From NCBI GenBank assembly GCA_019634625.1, contig JAHCBA010000009.1:37561-101560 (forward strand): DNA of 64,000 bases. Reading direction: 5' to 3'. Source of the stretch: Verrucomicrobiia bacterium (GTDB lineage: Bacteria; Verrucomicrobiota; Verrucomicrobiia; Limisphaerales; CAIMTB01). The position numbers and the translations under genes are program-made. Each line of letters starts with the position of its first letter. Within the stretch, counting starts at the first letter, position 1. Positions 47,101-53,619 of the stretch are shown piece by piece. Below the pieces are notes generated by a model. The model ran no database searches. It was not told the origin of the DNA and saw nothing but the letters and a program-made list of their open reading frames with translations.

Positions 47101-48751
47101 GTTGGTAGGCGCGGACGAAGCCCTGGAGGCAGCGTTCGGCCAGGGCGAGGTTGGTGGCCACGGTGCCGGCGGGGATGCAGACCGCGGCGTTGGTGGGCAG
47201 GAGGGCGGCGAGGTTGCCGAGCATGGGGACATGCACCCGGTCGGCGAAGAACTGGAGACGCAGGACGGGCAGATCGAGCGAGATGTCTGCGCCCACCCGG
47301 CCGCCCCCGGGCAGGCGGAGCATGCTGCGGTTGCGGTAGTCGAGCGTGCCGTCGGCGCGGAGGGTGAGCCAGCCGGGGTCGCCGGGGCCGGTGCGGACCT
47401 GGGCCGGGAAATCGGTGCCGTCCGGCAGGATGAATTCGCCGTAGAACGGCAGCGCCACTTCGGTCGCGGCATCGAGGTCCAGGACGAAGTCCGGGTAGTC
47501 GCCGGATTCCGGCGGCAACGGGATGCCGAGGCCGTTCGGGGCAAAGCGCGCGCCACGAATGCCGTAGTCCTCGAGGACCCCGGCGGTCCAGAGCATGGGG
47601 AACTGACCGAAGAACAGCACCGGGATGCCGTCCTCGGGGGTCGAACCCAGGACCGGGGCCAGATCGGCAACCGACAAGGGGCCGACCGGGAGCAGGAACG
47701 GTCCGCCCGGCGGTCCATGAAGGGCTCCCGGCGGGCGGGGTGCGAATTGCAGTGGGGAATCGTCGCCGAAGGATGGCGTGGCCTGGGTGAACTCGAGGTA
47801 TTCGCGCCCCTCGACCTCGACGACACGGGCGCCGGCGGGGAAGCGCAACGTCAGGGTCTGGCTTCGTCCGGTCGCGGCGGGGCGGTACTCGAAGGGAGGG
47901 AGGGTGCCGTCAGGGAGCGGGGCCAGCACTTCGCCGGTGGGGCGCCCGCTGGCGTCGATGGCAAGAAATCGGTCGGACTCGGGGGTGCCGTATCGCAGGG
48001 GTGCCGAGACGGCGGCGTTGCCCGCGGCGTCGAGGGCTTCGGCGAGGAAGAGGACGGCAGCGCCGGGTTCAAGGTCGAACGGCAGCGTCAGGGCCCAGCG
48101 ATCGGGAACGCCCGCCACGGGAGTTCCCGGGCCGAGCGGTGTGGAGCCAAGAAAGAACCGGACGTCCGCCACACCCACGTTGTCTTGGGCGGTGATTTCG
48201 AGGCGCACCGCGGGTTGCCCTGCCAGCGTGGCGGGAACGGCGGCGAAGTCGGACAGGATCGGGGCTTCGAGGTCGGAGGATTCGAGGACCACCCGATAGA
48301 ACCGGCGCGAGGCTCCCAGCGACGTGGGGTCCACCACCGAAGCCGTGGTTCCGGTGGCCAGGACAGTGGCGACGGGCGTCCAGGGCGGTTCGCCGACGGC
48401 TCCGAGGTCATCGAGGGTCCAGCGTTCGAGGGTATAGGTGCCGTTGGGAATCGTGGTCCAGGTAAGCCGCCAGCCGTTCGCTTCGAGCCGTGGGGATTCG
48501 AAGAGGATCGGGGCGGTCGCAGCCGGCGGGGCGCCATGCAGTCCCCCGGCGCCGGTTGGGGAGGCAGTGGTCGGGCGGGCGACGGACTCGGGATGGCGTG
48601 GGGACTGGGCGAGGAGGAGGCCGGTGACGGTACCGAGGCTGGCGAGGGAAAGGAGGGCGAGGAACCAGGGGCGCACGCTGCCATCGCGGGGCGGGTTGAG
48701 GGAACTGGACCGGGGGCGGGTGCGGCGGGTCAGTTCGCTCATGAGGGGCAT
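35183..48751 (-). CDS. Giant (4522-aa) N-terminally anchored extracytoplasmic protein of unknown function
   Basis: This is a single uninterrupted 13,569-nt ORF with an ATG at 48749-48751. A basic N-terminus is followed by the hydrophobic helix 'WFLALLSLASLGTVTGLLLA'. Then come two beta-sandwich-like modules, a long Leu/Ala-rich helical region and a thrombospondin type-3-like 'DLDGDGIPNHLD...DRDGDGLGDDCD' Ca-binding repeat. A Cys-rich segment and a long Ser/Thr/Gly/Leu/Asn beta-rich C-terminal part complete it. Confidence 0.85.
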   Translation of the reverse strand: MPLMSELTRRTRPRSSSLNPPRDGSVRPWFLALLSLASLGTVTGLLLAQSPRHPESVARPTTASPTGAGGLHGAPPAATAPILFESPRLEANGWRLTWTTIPNGTYTLERWTLDDLGAVGEPPWTPVATVLATGTTASVVDPTSLGASRRFYRVVLESSDLEAPILSDFAAVPATLAGQPAVRLEITAQDNVGVADVRFFLGSTPLGPGTPVAGVPDRWALTLPFDLEPGAAVLFLAEALDAAGNAAVSAPLRYGTPESDRFLAIDASGRPTGEVLAPLPDGTLPPFEYRPAATGRSQTLTLRFPAGARVVEVEGREYLEFTQATPSFGDDSPLQFAPRPPGALHGPPGGPFLLPVGPLSVADLAPVLGSTPEDGIPVLFFGQFPMLWTAGVLEDYGIRGARFAPNGLGIPLPPESGDYPDFVLDLDAATEVALPFYGEFILPDGTDFPAQVRTGPGDPGWLTLRADGTLDYRNRSMLRLPGGGRVGADISLDLPVLRLQFFADRVHVPMLGNLAALLPTNAAVCIPAGTVATNLALAERCLQGFVRAYQLFSASAASISPIPDNPTNAFPGLPPTDVATSVSVLEAWAQSALSPVTAPLPLEPLTELLTQTRKSAAAASGLEAVLRYRLTLNRVELAVRRGAVLGSSAAQTELNAALAEVDLAALRRAGNPGSLRSLSTLREALELLVETQPVLQELNRPPTAELTQALRVLVGDFVNRHLEDLAVAPTQFTPATNPRISALNRPTALRTLRDLRDHLTRATQLGLAGNIVGPVQEAQSQLALRHFTLAEAALDAAEADLDVPGFTTVLGEILDLIALRQSPGFPNVPALAGLPDATSRPALHTRLNALLVADLARPQPVRTYVAESQQLRRLLRIVRETPPGITLPPEPFQRVFDRLNELLAVEMTRLHGIVHPTELLDLLDAGILHEELRRRFGFTATANWDDTRLGQVVTRLAVVAQSKLAWPELQRGADLLLQEAARLGTVNDQTRRRTYLTRVPTLLAASRAVSVTLWQNENARRAANPEIALPDLSLPGDFRVDKIAGAAQFDLSTQEFIGSFQGKLSLPAFQGELEILNASISTHGHLDLAAFGSITFEGVTVAVTRRQPFHLRLRAPQEFRLSGEATLTLPNGIQFASRLTLDDPLYGFRIEARDLRLELAKQLALLRPTFSATGLSAAGDDLRTALLDYYRSLNAALETVAAQTGTLPDLHPERLGAPPEFEAPQFTIPFSQIAAWTDAVLLDARRGINTSYAALASDLRASVQAWHEDAGLAAGTFEFEASYLDDQLARLADLRRTAEAAKRAAEAQALGDFSQDESFRQELEQVARTDARRQLAFFARRPPRDLAETTKILVGLMDLAAATQELEFDLEDLDGDGIPNHLDLCPGHPNPPGQPQSDRDGDGLGDDCDPAPDDPSIPSAGACIDVIRLAGQPQAQARALIACNVPPQYAALGLDPVTGNVVDPPLFESFSADSLEHQRNLTFAVAAQAQALDVDGGPFQAVSSRLTRRLIALRAAELDATPASDTLRRYDLALQLADLHVSLGGAADAGETLDLIADAAPAVLEMSNDDLESLNQSIEERRKARSERLGFLLERDLGVATSAPLEDRLRRRGVVGDTLVLIRVLFSSPGPESQAYHERIDSYIRYKTQRLRDEMVDPQFIADRLRQGQSFATTLADFTAWVLERAPGDEPLLGEIRLALDDLTLHLTPVAEAQRAWWFLSQYGGILSDTLRRHGAGMNAALLDSYRQAFAATVLASSRITDALAAAAASVGTETVRFQLPGDLHVRRAFGGIAFNRLNGVWTGTFGGRLEFPDVQNAFFEIGSATLATDGSFSIAAATGGPLPFGRLRLNSSLQVVGSLAGLQSVAGAGTLLVPQNTTTQLFNVTASYSAAAGRLSFDTTGAALDWRATDDFVLFNGGLGFDLSTTEPAGALRFSGSAGMFAVNKPLPDQVVRTNFHLVATNTALRLALSETGFSASLTNGTLLLPEFFRTSLCATNRMLTNFLASPQGTHSVLTNFVNLAHTNPPPGSVGAAISLNPTNPIVLAVTFDPPRVEFSGEVVIRDVGFEVPDFEAVELAVCHARLIFPTNQLPVLTNFHAALQFPLPNQTNVIEVVNGAWALDGFPTGTIRLRTNLDLFDLEGWRFTLLGTESPLCPAGTGLTLGRDTNSIPFLRVDAGVEFAMPGKVISDSLGSSLTASACGSLRVPFQQFPELTVNALAVSNSAIRLGGTNGLVVSNAVLQVTGLTNLFQQSPETPLRLTLGGMAHFPPGIGMGLSNAVFHFEGGPLPRFTVSELALVQSGSFLEMAQNLPLNVSQARLRFLQESLPIPQVFAYTNLSLLLSGSVALPPGPNAVVGGLVNDFGITFLETGQPVFSVDAVGFRVDLTQLIGDALPLTLGGEVFVGGLTDPPNFLFSGKLKGNFKGNAVEGLVAFDPCGIRGVCFGLAGSEINIQIGYGFVLTGAKGGLSFANSNADPCDFVSQLPIDPVTGRPLGGSSCNIEIPTNCPPAITADELSFPRPNAAPRPLELAAPPRAPRTPGPDDGLRLHGLDLSRTAILADLGPMSIPADDPDEFPCPTLGSCPPASVNIYCMPHPDFDQPDSPNANRIITKFTAIPESVLNFIGITPDFIASLVPQFTANPRQMAIDLAGTLRGYIDASTQRAPSDAPDWVRAADAFIEQRLDDAELAIANALLCVLQGIPTSGTQLAADLYAAIRDTVYAGIPCPDLTLKLEGSVSYTGVASFANISGGVVLSSTGSAGVVGAVNVFGIPVGKARLFLNVTDAYGNPSVPSLCGELTGAVGPLEIGSYAFIEDCPECATKLFNAFTTLFASLGDTYIDGVMAIAFPDIADPALNPAQNLALLDTPEKQMAFIAAMFGAPPRDAGGQIGSAFLDFVVALVDAVIPRIAACGEVSPKLFGFPLSGGGTLSSYRMYAGPKDAIGLGDGVIYREEYGFSPSQLFGYYALAATGVGTSLALFAPAIDEATAAMAFELPTFGQIIRDGFTKPAPQFLAERTEDFLRSALITFDYRLAPFGMELGRAGGRILLPSLDHHPRGPNPLIPPEDRRQGLPTRLDVLLAALGDKDQENAMNRLSDATWRGHGDADFAEIFAGSGFATAVARRNLSLRDDYFPHGGFLGAGTLDLPAVITRPLPPSLFTLLDASNTPLDRFAAATDFVFNHLLLTDRVGELAFYLPAPNPPLDRFPTTAQDLMESLRNFVPDDPFNMATYYPADRGFLSGWLDTPVLGIPTIRSQVSWVPAEGLLRMDAEVPAASWFNRLVGTARFRFDLQANTELESTLATSFLSLSNRVSLLDPSSPRLADDLAAIAATLPQELAQSLPKVSMLLSASQVRIPVPTYNPAQPLPEFQVVARISNAVLEAYSPYFNPRSPGNTPIQRARREGGFAVKGDFNFLNGVVAVTDAELAVLPTPNALGLPTVVGTLEGGAINLFGLPFGSPITNLFSRASAAPLSLAAARPPAGPSVDFRADDSVVRLRVDGSLPSLPLGRLVTLRPISGSAIGAIASFETTTAALPEGRLALLPCRIDSPLFPPGRPILVHGTTTNDPFTLSTSGPWNASVTIPAGDGIDVRVGTETVLRLTRPGTAATQDFRATLSGEGTDFARMEFSNLALGVVLTTFPDAPASDPRRQSLTLGPGAVISFAADTAGEFELEATVPNARSFASLPFASFPPGWTLRLNNRSLTLTGTTEGGLLGSLGIQVEATLTLSQSGIALNGTASLPPLELGVFRVASTTGGPIAVTFDTTGIQVPSGARLSFTDVPTSSLLALQAFSMANTGAFNASGSNNLVWEGRTLSSASYTLARNAAGTTTFTANGNLAAIAIPGFGSIQPRTGQTLQGQVSLASTGAFSFLLSQARLQLSGIGLGGTLLLHGARGTDTPFGFSTTSPWSASLTAEALIADPVGPIPELLRLEPASGATLFTTSLSGVGTSSLAFTASRSGNVHFTLLRNSPMAYTHQNVPAGTQSFSLSTNGTFRLTLNPPDLQYDRTLVLGGAARTFNLSRIVSSSLQLTLGTDGNALALASPTVHLLPGTFLEQAVAVPTFEVAPAQFVANASNRSLAFPHLPGVALTGNMALTPTGFLAENLSVQAGTWGGTATLPPLLQLGSSASGNHLSYSNNVLSLRSQNPTATVLGLPLTATQLGPVHFSVALTAGTLTHVNAGFSLNNTYDFFGAGVLKLANSRSLDLAASVTGPTGSYSLSGDWRLDLRYPNPNNLSATLLRSITVPFTIQQATAFSHTITSNLPDPDLGWLELDPGSVTVSRAANGNLGLAFNGWRVELFGREYLNQSFTFSTDGLLTRNLPSSTFDFGTGINLMRLTSGAALPFRWNASTGGFQLTLPTQATLAFPLIPGLTGTLRNGLSLPDNFPTLNAAGTFNHTWSRTLNLNGLSLGSQSVTFRRTTANGPVQFVSSASNILGLPGLSYSISAASAPTTSFSATMSGAFTIGGYNLGAVNLSLDTLAIQDQFKGTATIFNPFTGQTFANSALYVGSNGVTFLGLNFPLP

Positions 48752-48829
48752 TACGGTTAAGCAAATTCACTAGGGCGAGAAAAAACCGAGCTGAATCCTG
48801 GAGGCGGTGCTTCCCCAAGTTGTCGGTAC

Positions 48830-48918
48830 CGAGCCAGCGAATCGGAGGGACGAGCTCCGCGAGTCCTCAACCCAACGCTCCACACCGTTGCGGCCTCGTG
48901 GAACCCGGCCCTCCGAGG
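48830..48918 (-). repeat. R1 dispersed repeat (reverse orientation)
   Basis: The core CGGAGGGACGAGCTCCGCGAGT lies at 48843-48864. Confidence 0.85.
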
Positions 48919-48982
48919 CAACCCTTCGCCAAGTTCGCAGCTCTACCGACAACCCCGGGATGCACTGAACTGAATCCGGGAT

Positions 48983-49105
48983 GCACGGGAAGGGGAGGTT
49001 CGAACAAGACCCAACCCATCGCACCCGCCACAAGGCAAAGCTCGAAGAGGTGTGTCTGCGGGTTCGATGACGAATACGAGCACCGCCCTTCGGGCTGAGT
49101 ACGAG
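48983..49105 (+). repeat. R3 repeat (second copy) with GCCC-UUCG-GGC hairpin
   Basis: It aligns with 9246-9373. The hairpin is at 49085-49095. Confidence 0.8.
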
Positions 49106-49131
49106 TAGGGAGGAGGGAGAAAATCGGGCGG

Positions 49132-49815
49132 TCAGCACCTGCCGCCGGGGCGTTTCCTGGCTTTGCCCTTCGAGTCGAAGCACTGGGTGCAGGTGCCCTT
49201 GAAGGCGCGCACCAGCGAGGTTCGAATCCCGGCACTGTCCGCGAACACGGTCATCCAGACCGAGAAAAAGCCCGCCACGGTGGCCGCGGTGGCAATGAGT
49301 TCGCAAAGCTCATCATCCGGGTTGGGAAACCGGTTCCGGAATCGTTCCGCCAGCGCCCAGGCCGTCTCCCGCAGCTTCCATCGCTTGTCGCGGGGCGCGG
49401 GGCGCGGCCAGTCACGGGCGACATGACGGTTGAGACCGACGAGTCCCATCAACGCTTCGGCCTTGGGCTGGATGGAACGTGCCAGGCGGGGTGCCACCCG
49501 GACAAAACCCCCCGGCTCATACTGGAAGGGGCGGAAGGTGTTGTCTTTGTCGGGCCAGAGAAAATCGGCCTCGTTCGTCGGCCTCGCGAGCTTCACGGAA
49601 TTGCAGTTGGCGCAGCCCAGCAGGAAGTTGTTCCAGTCCAGTTCGCGCGCCGGTTCCAGGCTTTTGGGAACGACATGTTCCACCGCCAGTCCGACGCCGA
49701 GCGGTTGCTCGCAGTAGGAGCAGTAGATTCCCAGCCGGTCCTCCAGTTCATGGATGGCGTCCCCGTACTTCCTGAAGGGTTTGGCGGGGGCCGGTCCGCG
49801 TGTGACCGGCCTCAC
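49132..49815 (-). CDS. HNH endonuclease (PtuB-like, TIGR02646-like)
   Basis: It has a 'CSYCEQPLGVGLAVEHVVPKS...WNNFLLGCANCNSVK' His-Me finger with CxxC...CxxC. A GTG start at 49815 forms a GTGA overlap with the ATPase stop. The longer upstream ORF extension overlaps the ATPase gene and was discarded. Confidence 0.8.
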   Translation of the reverse strand: MRPVTRGPAPAKPFRKYGDAIHELEDRLGIYCSYCEQPLGVGLAVEHVVPKSLEPARELDWNNFLLGCANCNSVKLARPTNEADFLWPDKDNTFRPFQYEPGGFVRVAPRLARSIQPKAEALMGLVGLNRHVARDWPRPAPRDKRWKLRETAWALAERFRNRFPNPDDELCELIATAATVAGFFSVWMTVFADSAGIRTSLVRAFKGTCTQCFDSKGKARKRPGGRC

Positions 49816-51152
49816 GCATGGCCTCCTTCCTTGGCGGCGGCCAGCGCCTCCAGCTTGAGCAGTGCGCTGATGCCCGCGTCCGACGCGAACGGGGCGGCAG
49901 CCTTGCGATAGGTCGCCTCGGCCCTGGCCAGGCGGCTCCTGGGAACCTTCTTCTTCGCCCGCAGCAACGCGAAATACTCCTGCGCCGCCTGATCCACCGC
50001 CTCCGCCCGCTGGCTGCGCTGGGGATTCCGGATGCCCTGCACGGCCTCGGCAATGTCCTCGATCGAGGCGTCCGCGTACTCCTCGGGCGCAACGTCCCCG
50101 TCCAACCGGATGAGTTCGCCCGCTGCCACTGACTGAATGATGAACGGCGAGTGAGTGGTGCAGATGAACTGCATGGCGGGAAAGGTGCGCTTGAGATCCG
50201 CCACCACCTGCCGCTGCCATTTCGGATGCAGGTGCAGATCCAGTTCGTCAATCAGCACCACGCCGGGCGATTTCCTGGCGGCATGGTGGCCCAGATGCGG
50301 GTTGAGGATCACCGCCTTCCTGGCGAGGTCGGCCACGAGGGAGAGCATGGCGCGCTGGCCGTCGCTTAATGAGTAATACGGCACCTCGCCACCCTTGCCC
50401 TGTTTCAGCACCACGACGATTTCCCGGCGGTCGGCATCGAAGCGCAGCGCGCGGGCATCGGGCAGGCAGGCCAGCACGGCCGCCTCCACGACTTTCATGC
50501 CGGCCCGCTTCTCCCCCCGCTGAAACGCCTCCAGCGCCTCGAACAGGAACCATTCGTTCAACTCGCGATCCCGGATGCGCCCATCGAGGCTGCTGTAATA
50601 GGCGTCGAAGCGGGACACCTTGCCGCTCTGTTGCTGGGAGCCGGGAACGCGCTCGGTCTGCGGCAGCCAGGCGCGGCCCGCACCGTAGTAGGCGAGCACG
50701 GGCAGGGTGACCTCCACCTCCGGCGTCCGGGAACGCTTCAGCAATGCCTCGACCACGGCGAGCGCCTCCTGCGCCTCGGCATTCGAGGTGCGGGTGGAAT
50801 GACCCTTGTTCATGCGGACCCACGAGACGGCCTGGTCACCGATGACCCCCGCGGCCTCGATGGCCGCATCGGGCATCGGCTCGAAGCGTGTGCGGTCGCC
50901 GTCCTTGATTTGCACGAGGCGTGCCTCGCCCTTCCTGATGGCGCGCCACCCGGCGGCGGGCCGCGCGACGTGCCAGATGCCAAGGGCCACCGCCACGGCA
51001 TCGAGTGCGGTGGACTTGCCCGAGCCATTCTCACCGACGAGCAGGTGGAAGGAGCCGGCCGGTTCGTCCGCTCGCGCATGCGGAGGCGGGAAGTCAAGGG
51101 ACCGGTCCTCAAAGCCCTTGAAATTGCGGATGGTCAGACGGTTGATTCGCAT
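49812..51152 (-). CDS. AAA_15/AAA_21-type (ABC/SMC-like) P-loop ATPase (PtuA-like)
   Basis: It has Walker A 'GENGSGKST', the signature-like 'LSDGQRAML', Walker B 'VVLIDELDLHLHP' and the H-loop 'CTTHSP'. The N-terminus 'MRINRLTIRNFKGFED' is typical of this ATPase clade. Confidence 0.85.
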   Translation of the reverse strand: MRINRLTIRNFKGFEDRSLDFPPPHARADEPAGSFHLLVGENGSGKSTALDAVAVALGIWHVARPAAGWRAIRKGEARLVQIKDGDRTRFEPMPDAAIEAAGVIGDQAVSWVRMNKGHSTRTSNAEAQEALAVVEALLKRSRTPEVEVTLPVLAYYGAGRAWLPQTERVPGSQQQSGKVSRFDAYYSSLDGRIRDRELNEWFLFEALEAFQRGEKRAGMKVVEAAVLACLPDARALRFDADRREIVVVLKQGKGGEVPYYSLSDGQRAMLSLVADLARKAVILNPHLGHHAARKSPGVVLIDELDLHLHPKWQRQVVADLKRTFPAMQFICTTHSPFIIQSVAAGELIRLDGDVAPEEYADASIEDIAEAVQGIRNPQRSQRAEAVDQAAQEYFALLRAKKKVPRSRLARAEATYRKAAAPFASDAGISALLKLEALAAAKEGGHA

Positions 51153-51360
51153 GGTGCCTTTCCTGCCAGAGCCGGCCGATCATTGTCGGGAACAGGCGGA
51201 TGTGGCCGTTGATGATGCGTGGCATGGGCGTTCAATTCGGATCCCCAACGAACCAGGCGCGCACAATAATGGGTCCGCCGTTGGTGAATGCCGGACCTGG
51301 TCGTTGCCCCCGATCCTTATTGGCAGCGTAATCCTTGGCGAACCTTTTGCCCATCCACTG

Positions 51361-51510
51361 AGGGCAGGGTTCCACGAGGCCGCAGGGGAGTGGTGCGATG
51401 GATTGAGGACTCGCGGAGCTCGTCCCTCCGAAGGGTGAGGCAGGGTGATGAGATCGGAGGGCCGAGTTCCACGAGGCCGCAGGGGGTTGGGGCGATGGGA
51501 CGAGGGTTTC
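51361..51510 (+). repeat. R1 dispersed repeat (about 1.5 units)
   Basis: The core lies at 51409-51430. The flanking GTTCCACGAGGCCGCAGGGG block occurs twice. Confidence 0.85.
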
Positions 51511-51567
51511 GGGAGTTTTTGGATAAAGCGTGAATGTCGGGCGGGGATGGGGGCGTAATCGGCGCGG

Positions 51568-52485
51568 ATGCAAACGGTCATGTTCGGAAGGAGCGCACTG
51601 CGTGGGAGCCGGCTGGCGTACGGGTGCTGGCGTCTGGCGGACGGCGGGGCGGCGGAGGCCGGCAGGGAGGCGGTGCGGGCGGCGTTGGAGGCGGGGTACA
51701 CGGTGTTCGATCATGCGGATATTTACGGCCAGGGGGCCTGCGAGCGGATCTTCGGGGAGGTGCTGGCGGAGTCGCCGGGGCTGCGGGATGGGCTGGTGCT
51801 GGTGAGCAAATGCGGGATTCGGCGTGCCGATGAACCGACGGGGGCGCCCTACCGGTACGATGCGTCGCGGCAGCACATTGTGACGTCGTGCGAGGGGTCG
51901 TTGCGGCGGTTGGGGGTGGAGACGATGGATGTGTTCCTGCTGCACCGGCCCGATCCGCTGATGGACCCGGAGGAAGTGGCGTCCGCGTTCGACGGGCTGC
52001 GTCGGGCGGGGAAGGCCCGTGAGTTCGGGGTGAGTAATTTCGCGCCGAACCAGGTGGAGGCGTTGCAGCGGGCGTGCGGGTTTCCGTTGGTGGTCAACCA
52101 GGTCGAGATCAGCCTGGCCCGATGGGAGCCGCTGGTGGACGGAACGCTCGACCAATGCCTGGCCGAGGGAATTACGCCGATGGCGTGGAGTCCCCTGGCC
52201 GGTGGGAAATTGGGGGATGGGGCGCGGCGGGTCCTCAAGTCGCAGGAGCAATACGGAACGGAGGCGTTGGTGGGGGAGTTGGACGCGGTGGCCGCCGCGC
52301 GGGGGGCGGGCCGAACGGCGGTGGCGCTGGCCTGGTTGCTGCGGCACCCGGCGGGGATGGTGCCGGTCGTGGGCAGCGTGAATCCGGAACGGATCCGGGC
52401 GGCAGCGAAAGCGTCCGAGATGACCATGAGCCGGGAGGAATGGTACCGGCTGTTCACGGTGGCGCGGGGGACGCCGCTGCCGTGA
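51568..52485 (+). CDS. Aldo/keto reductase
   Basis: It has 'LAYGCWRL', 'FDHADIYG' and 'EFGVSNF' AKR motifs. Confidence 0.88.
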   Translation: MQTVMFGRSALRGSRLAYGCWRLADGGAAEAGREAVRAALEAGYTVFDHADIYGQGACERIFGEVLAESPGLRDGLVLVSKCGIRRADEPTGAPYRYDASRQHIVTSCEGSLRRLGVETMDVFLLHRPDPLMDPEEVASAFDGLRRAGKAREFGVSNFAPNQVEALQRACGFPLVVNQVEISLARWEPLVDGTLDQCLAEGITPMAWSPLAGGKLGDGARRVLKSQEQYGTEALVGELDAVAAARGAGRTAVALAWLLRHPAGMVPVVGSVNPERIRAAAKASEMTMSREEWYRLFTVARGTPLP

Positions 52486-52499
52486 ATCTTCCAGGGGCG

Positions 52500-53564
52500 A
52501 TGAAGTCAGCCGAATTCACTGCGGGATCACCGGCGGCGGCGGGATGGCGGATGCCGGCGGAATGGGTTCCGCACCGGTCCACGTGGCTGACCTGGCCACG
52601 GCCGGAGGGGATCAGCTTTCCCGATCGCTATGAGGCCGTACCGCCGGTGCTGGCGGCGTTTGTGCGGGTGCTGGGGGAGGTCGAGGAGGTGAACATCAAC
52701 GTCTGGGACGAGGCCATGGAGGGGTGGGTGGCGGACGTGCTGGTCCGGCATGGGTGCCCGCTGGAGCCGGTGCGGTTTCATCGGTTCCCGTCGTATGAAC
52801 CGTGGTGCCGCGATCATGGGCCGATCTTTGTGGTGCGGGATCGCGATGGGCGGCGGGAACGGGCGGTGGTGGACTGGGGGTACAACGCATGGGGGAACAA
52901 GTACCCGCCGTGCGACCTCGATGATGCGATTCCGCGTCATGTGGCGGCGCTGCGGGGACTGGAGTTGTTCGAGCCCGGGATCGTGATGGAGGGCGGATCC
53001 ATCGATGTGAACGGCGAGGGGACGCTGCTGACGACGGAGAGCTGTCTGCTGAATCCGAACCGGAACCCGGACCTGACACGGGAGGCGATCGAACGTCACC
53101 TGCGGGATTTCCTGGGGGTGACTCATATCCTCTGGCTGGGCGACGGCATCGTGGGGGACGACACGGACGGACACGTCGATGACCTGACGCGCTTCGTGAA
53201 TCCGGACACGGTGGTGACGGTGGTCGAGGAGGACCCGGCGGACGAGAATTTCGAGTTACTGCGGGAGAACCGGCGCCGGCTGGCGACGATGACGGACGAA
53301 CGGGGGCGGGCGTTGCGGGTGCTGGAACTGCCGATGCCGGGCCGGGTCGAGTGGGATGGACAGCGGCTGCCGGCGAGTTACGCGAACTTCTACATCGCCA
53401 ACGGGCGGGTGGTGATGCCGACGTTTCGACATGCGAACGACCGGCGGGCGCTGGAGATACTGCAGGGGGCCTTTCCGGACCGGCAGGTGGTGGGGCTGGA
53501 TTCGGTGGATCTGATCTGGGGCCTGGGTTCGTTTCACTGCTTGTCGCAGCAGGAACCGGCTTGA
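52500..53564 (+). CDS. aguA: Agmatine deiminase
   Basis: It has 'RMPAEWVPHRSTWLTWP', 'DDTDGHVDD' and the C-terminal catalytic 'GSFHCLSQQEP'. The start is at the internal ATG 52500. Confidence 0.9.
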   Translation: MKSAEFTAGSPAAAGWRMPAEWVPHRSTWLTWPRPEGISFPDRYEAVPPVLAAFVRVLGEVEEVNINVWDEAMEGWVADVLVRHGCPLEPVRFHRFPSYEPWCRDHGPIFVVRDRDGRRERAVVDWGYNAWGNKYPPCDLDDAIPRHVAALRGLELFEPGIVMEGGSIDVNGEGTLLTTESCLLNPNRNPDLTREAIERHLRDFLGVTHILWLGDGIVGDDTDGHVDDLTRFVNPDTVVTVVEEDPADENFELLRENRRRLATMTDERGRALRVLELPMPGRVEWDGQRLPASYANFYIANGRVVMPTFRHANDRRALEILQGAFPDRQVVGLDSVDLIWGLGSFHCLSQQEPA

Positions 53565-53619
53565 GGGCGGAGGGCGGAGGGCAGAGGGCGGAGGTCAGGG
53601 GGGGCTGGGATGGCCGATG

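Noticed and set aside
40655-48760. 2701-aa ORF on the plus strand
   Set aside because: It lies entirely antisense to the strongly supported giant gene. Its translation is low-complexity Gly/Glu/Ala/Asp/Val/Arg sequence, typical of stop-free antisense frames in high-G+C DNA.
49748-50823. ORFs 49748..50251, 50248..50823 and the 5' part of 49132..50220, which overlap the ATPase gene
   Set aside because: They are alternative frames of the well-supported ATPase CDS with Arg/Pro/Gly-rich composition. The HNH protein is fully accounted for from the GTG at 49815.
51153-51567. Search for a reverse transcriptase or structured msr/msd RNA (retron-type Septu), or a third defence gene, next to the ATPase/HNH pair
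   Set aside because: There is no RT-like ORF on either side. The upstream spacer is explained by an R1 repeat, plus at most a dubious micro-ORF.
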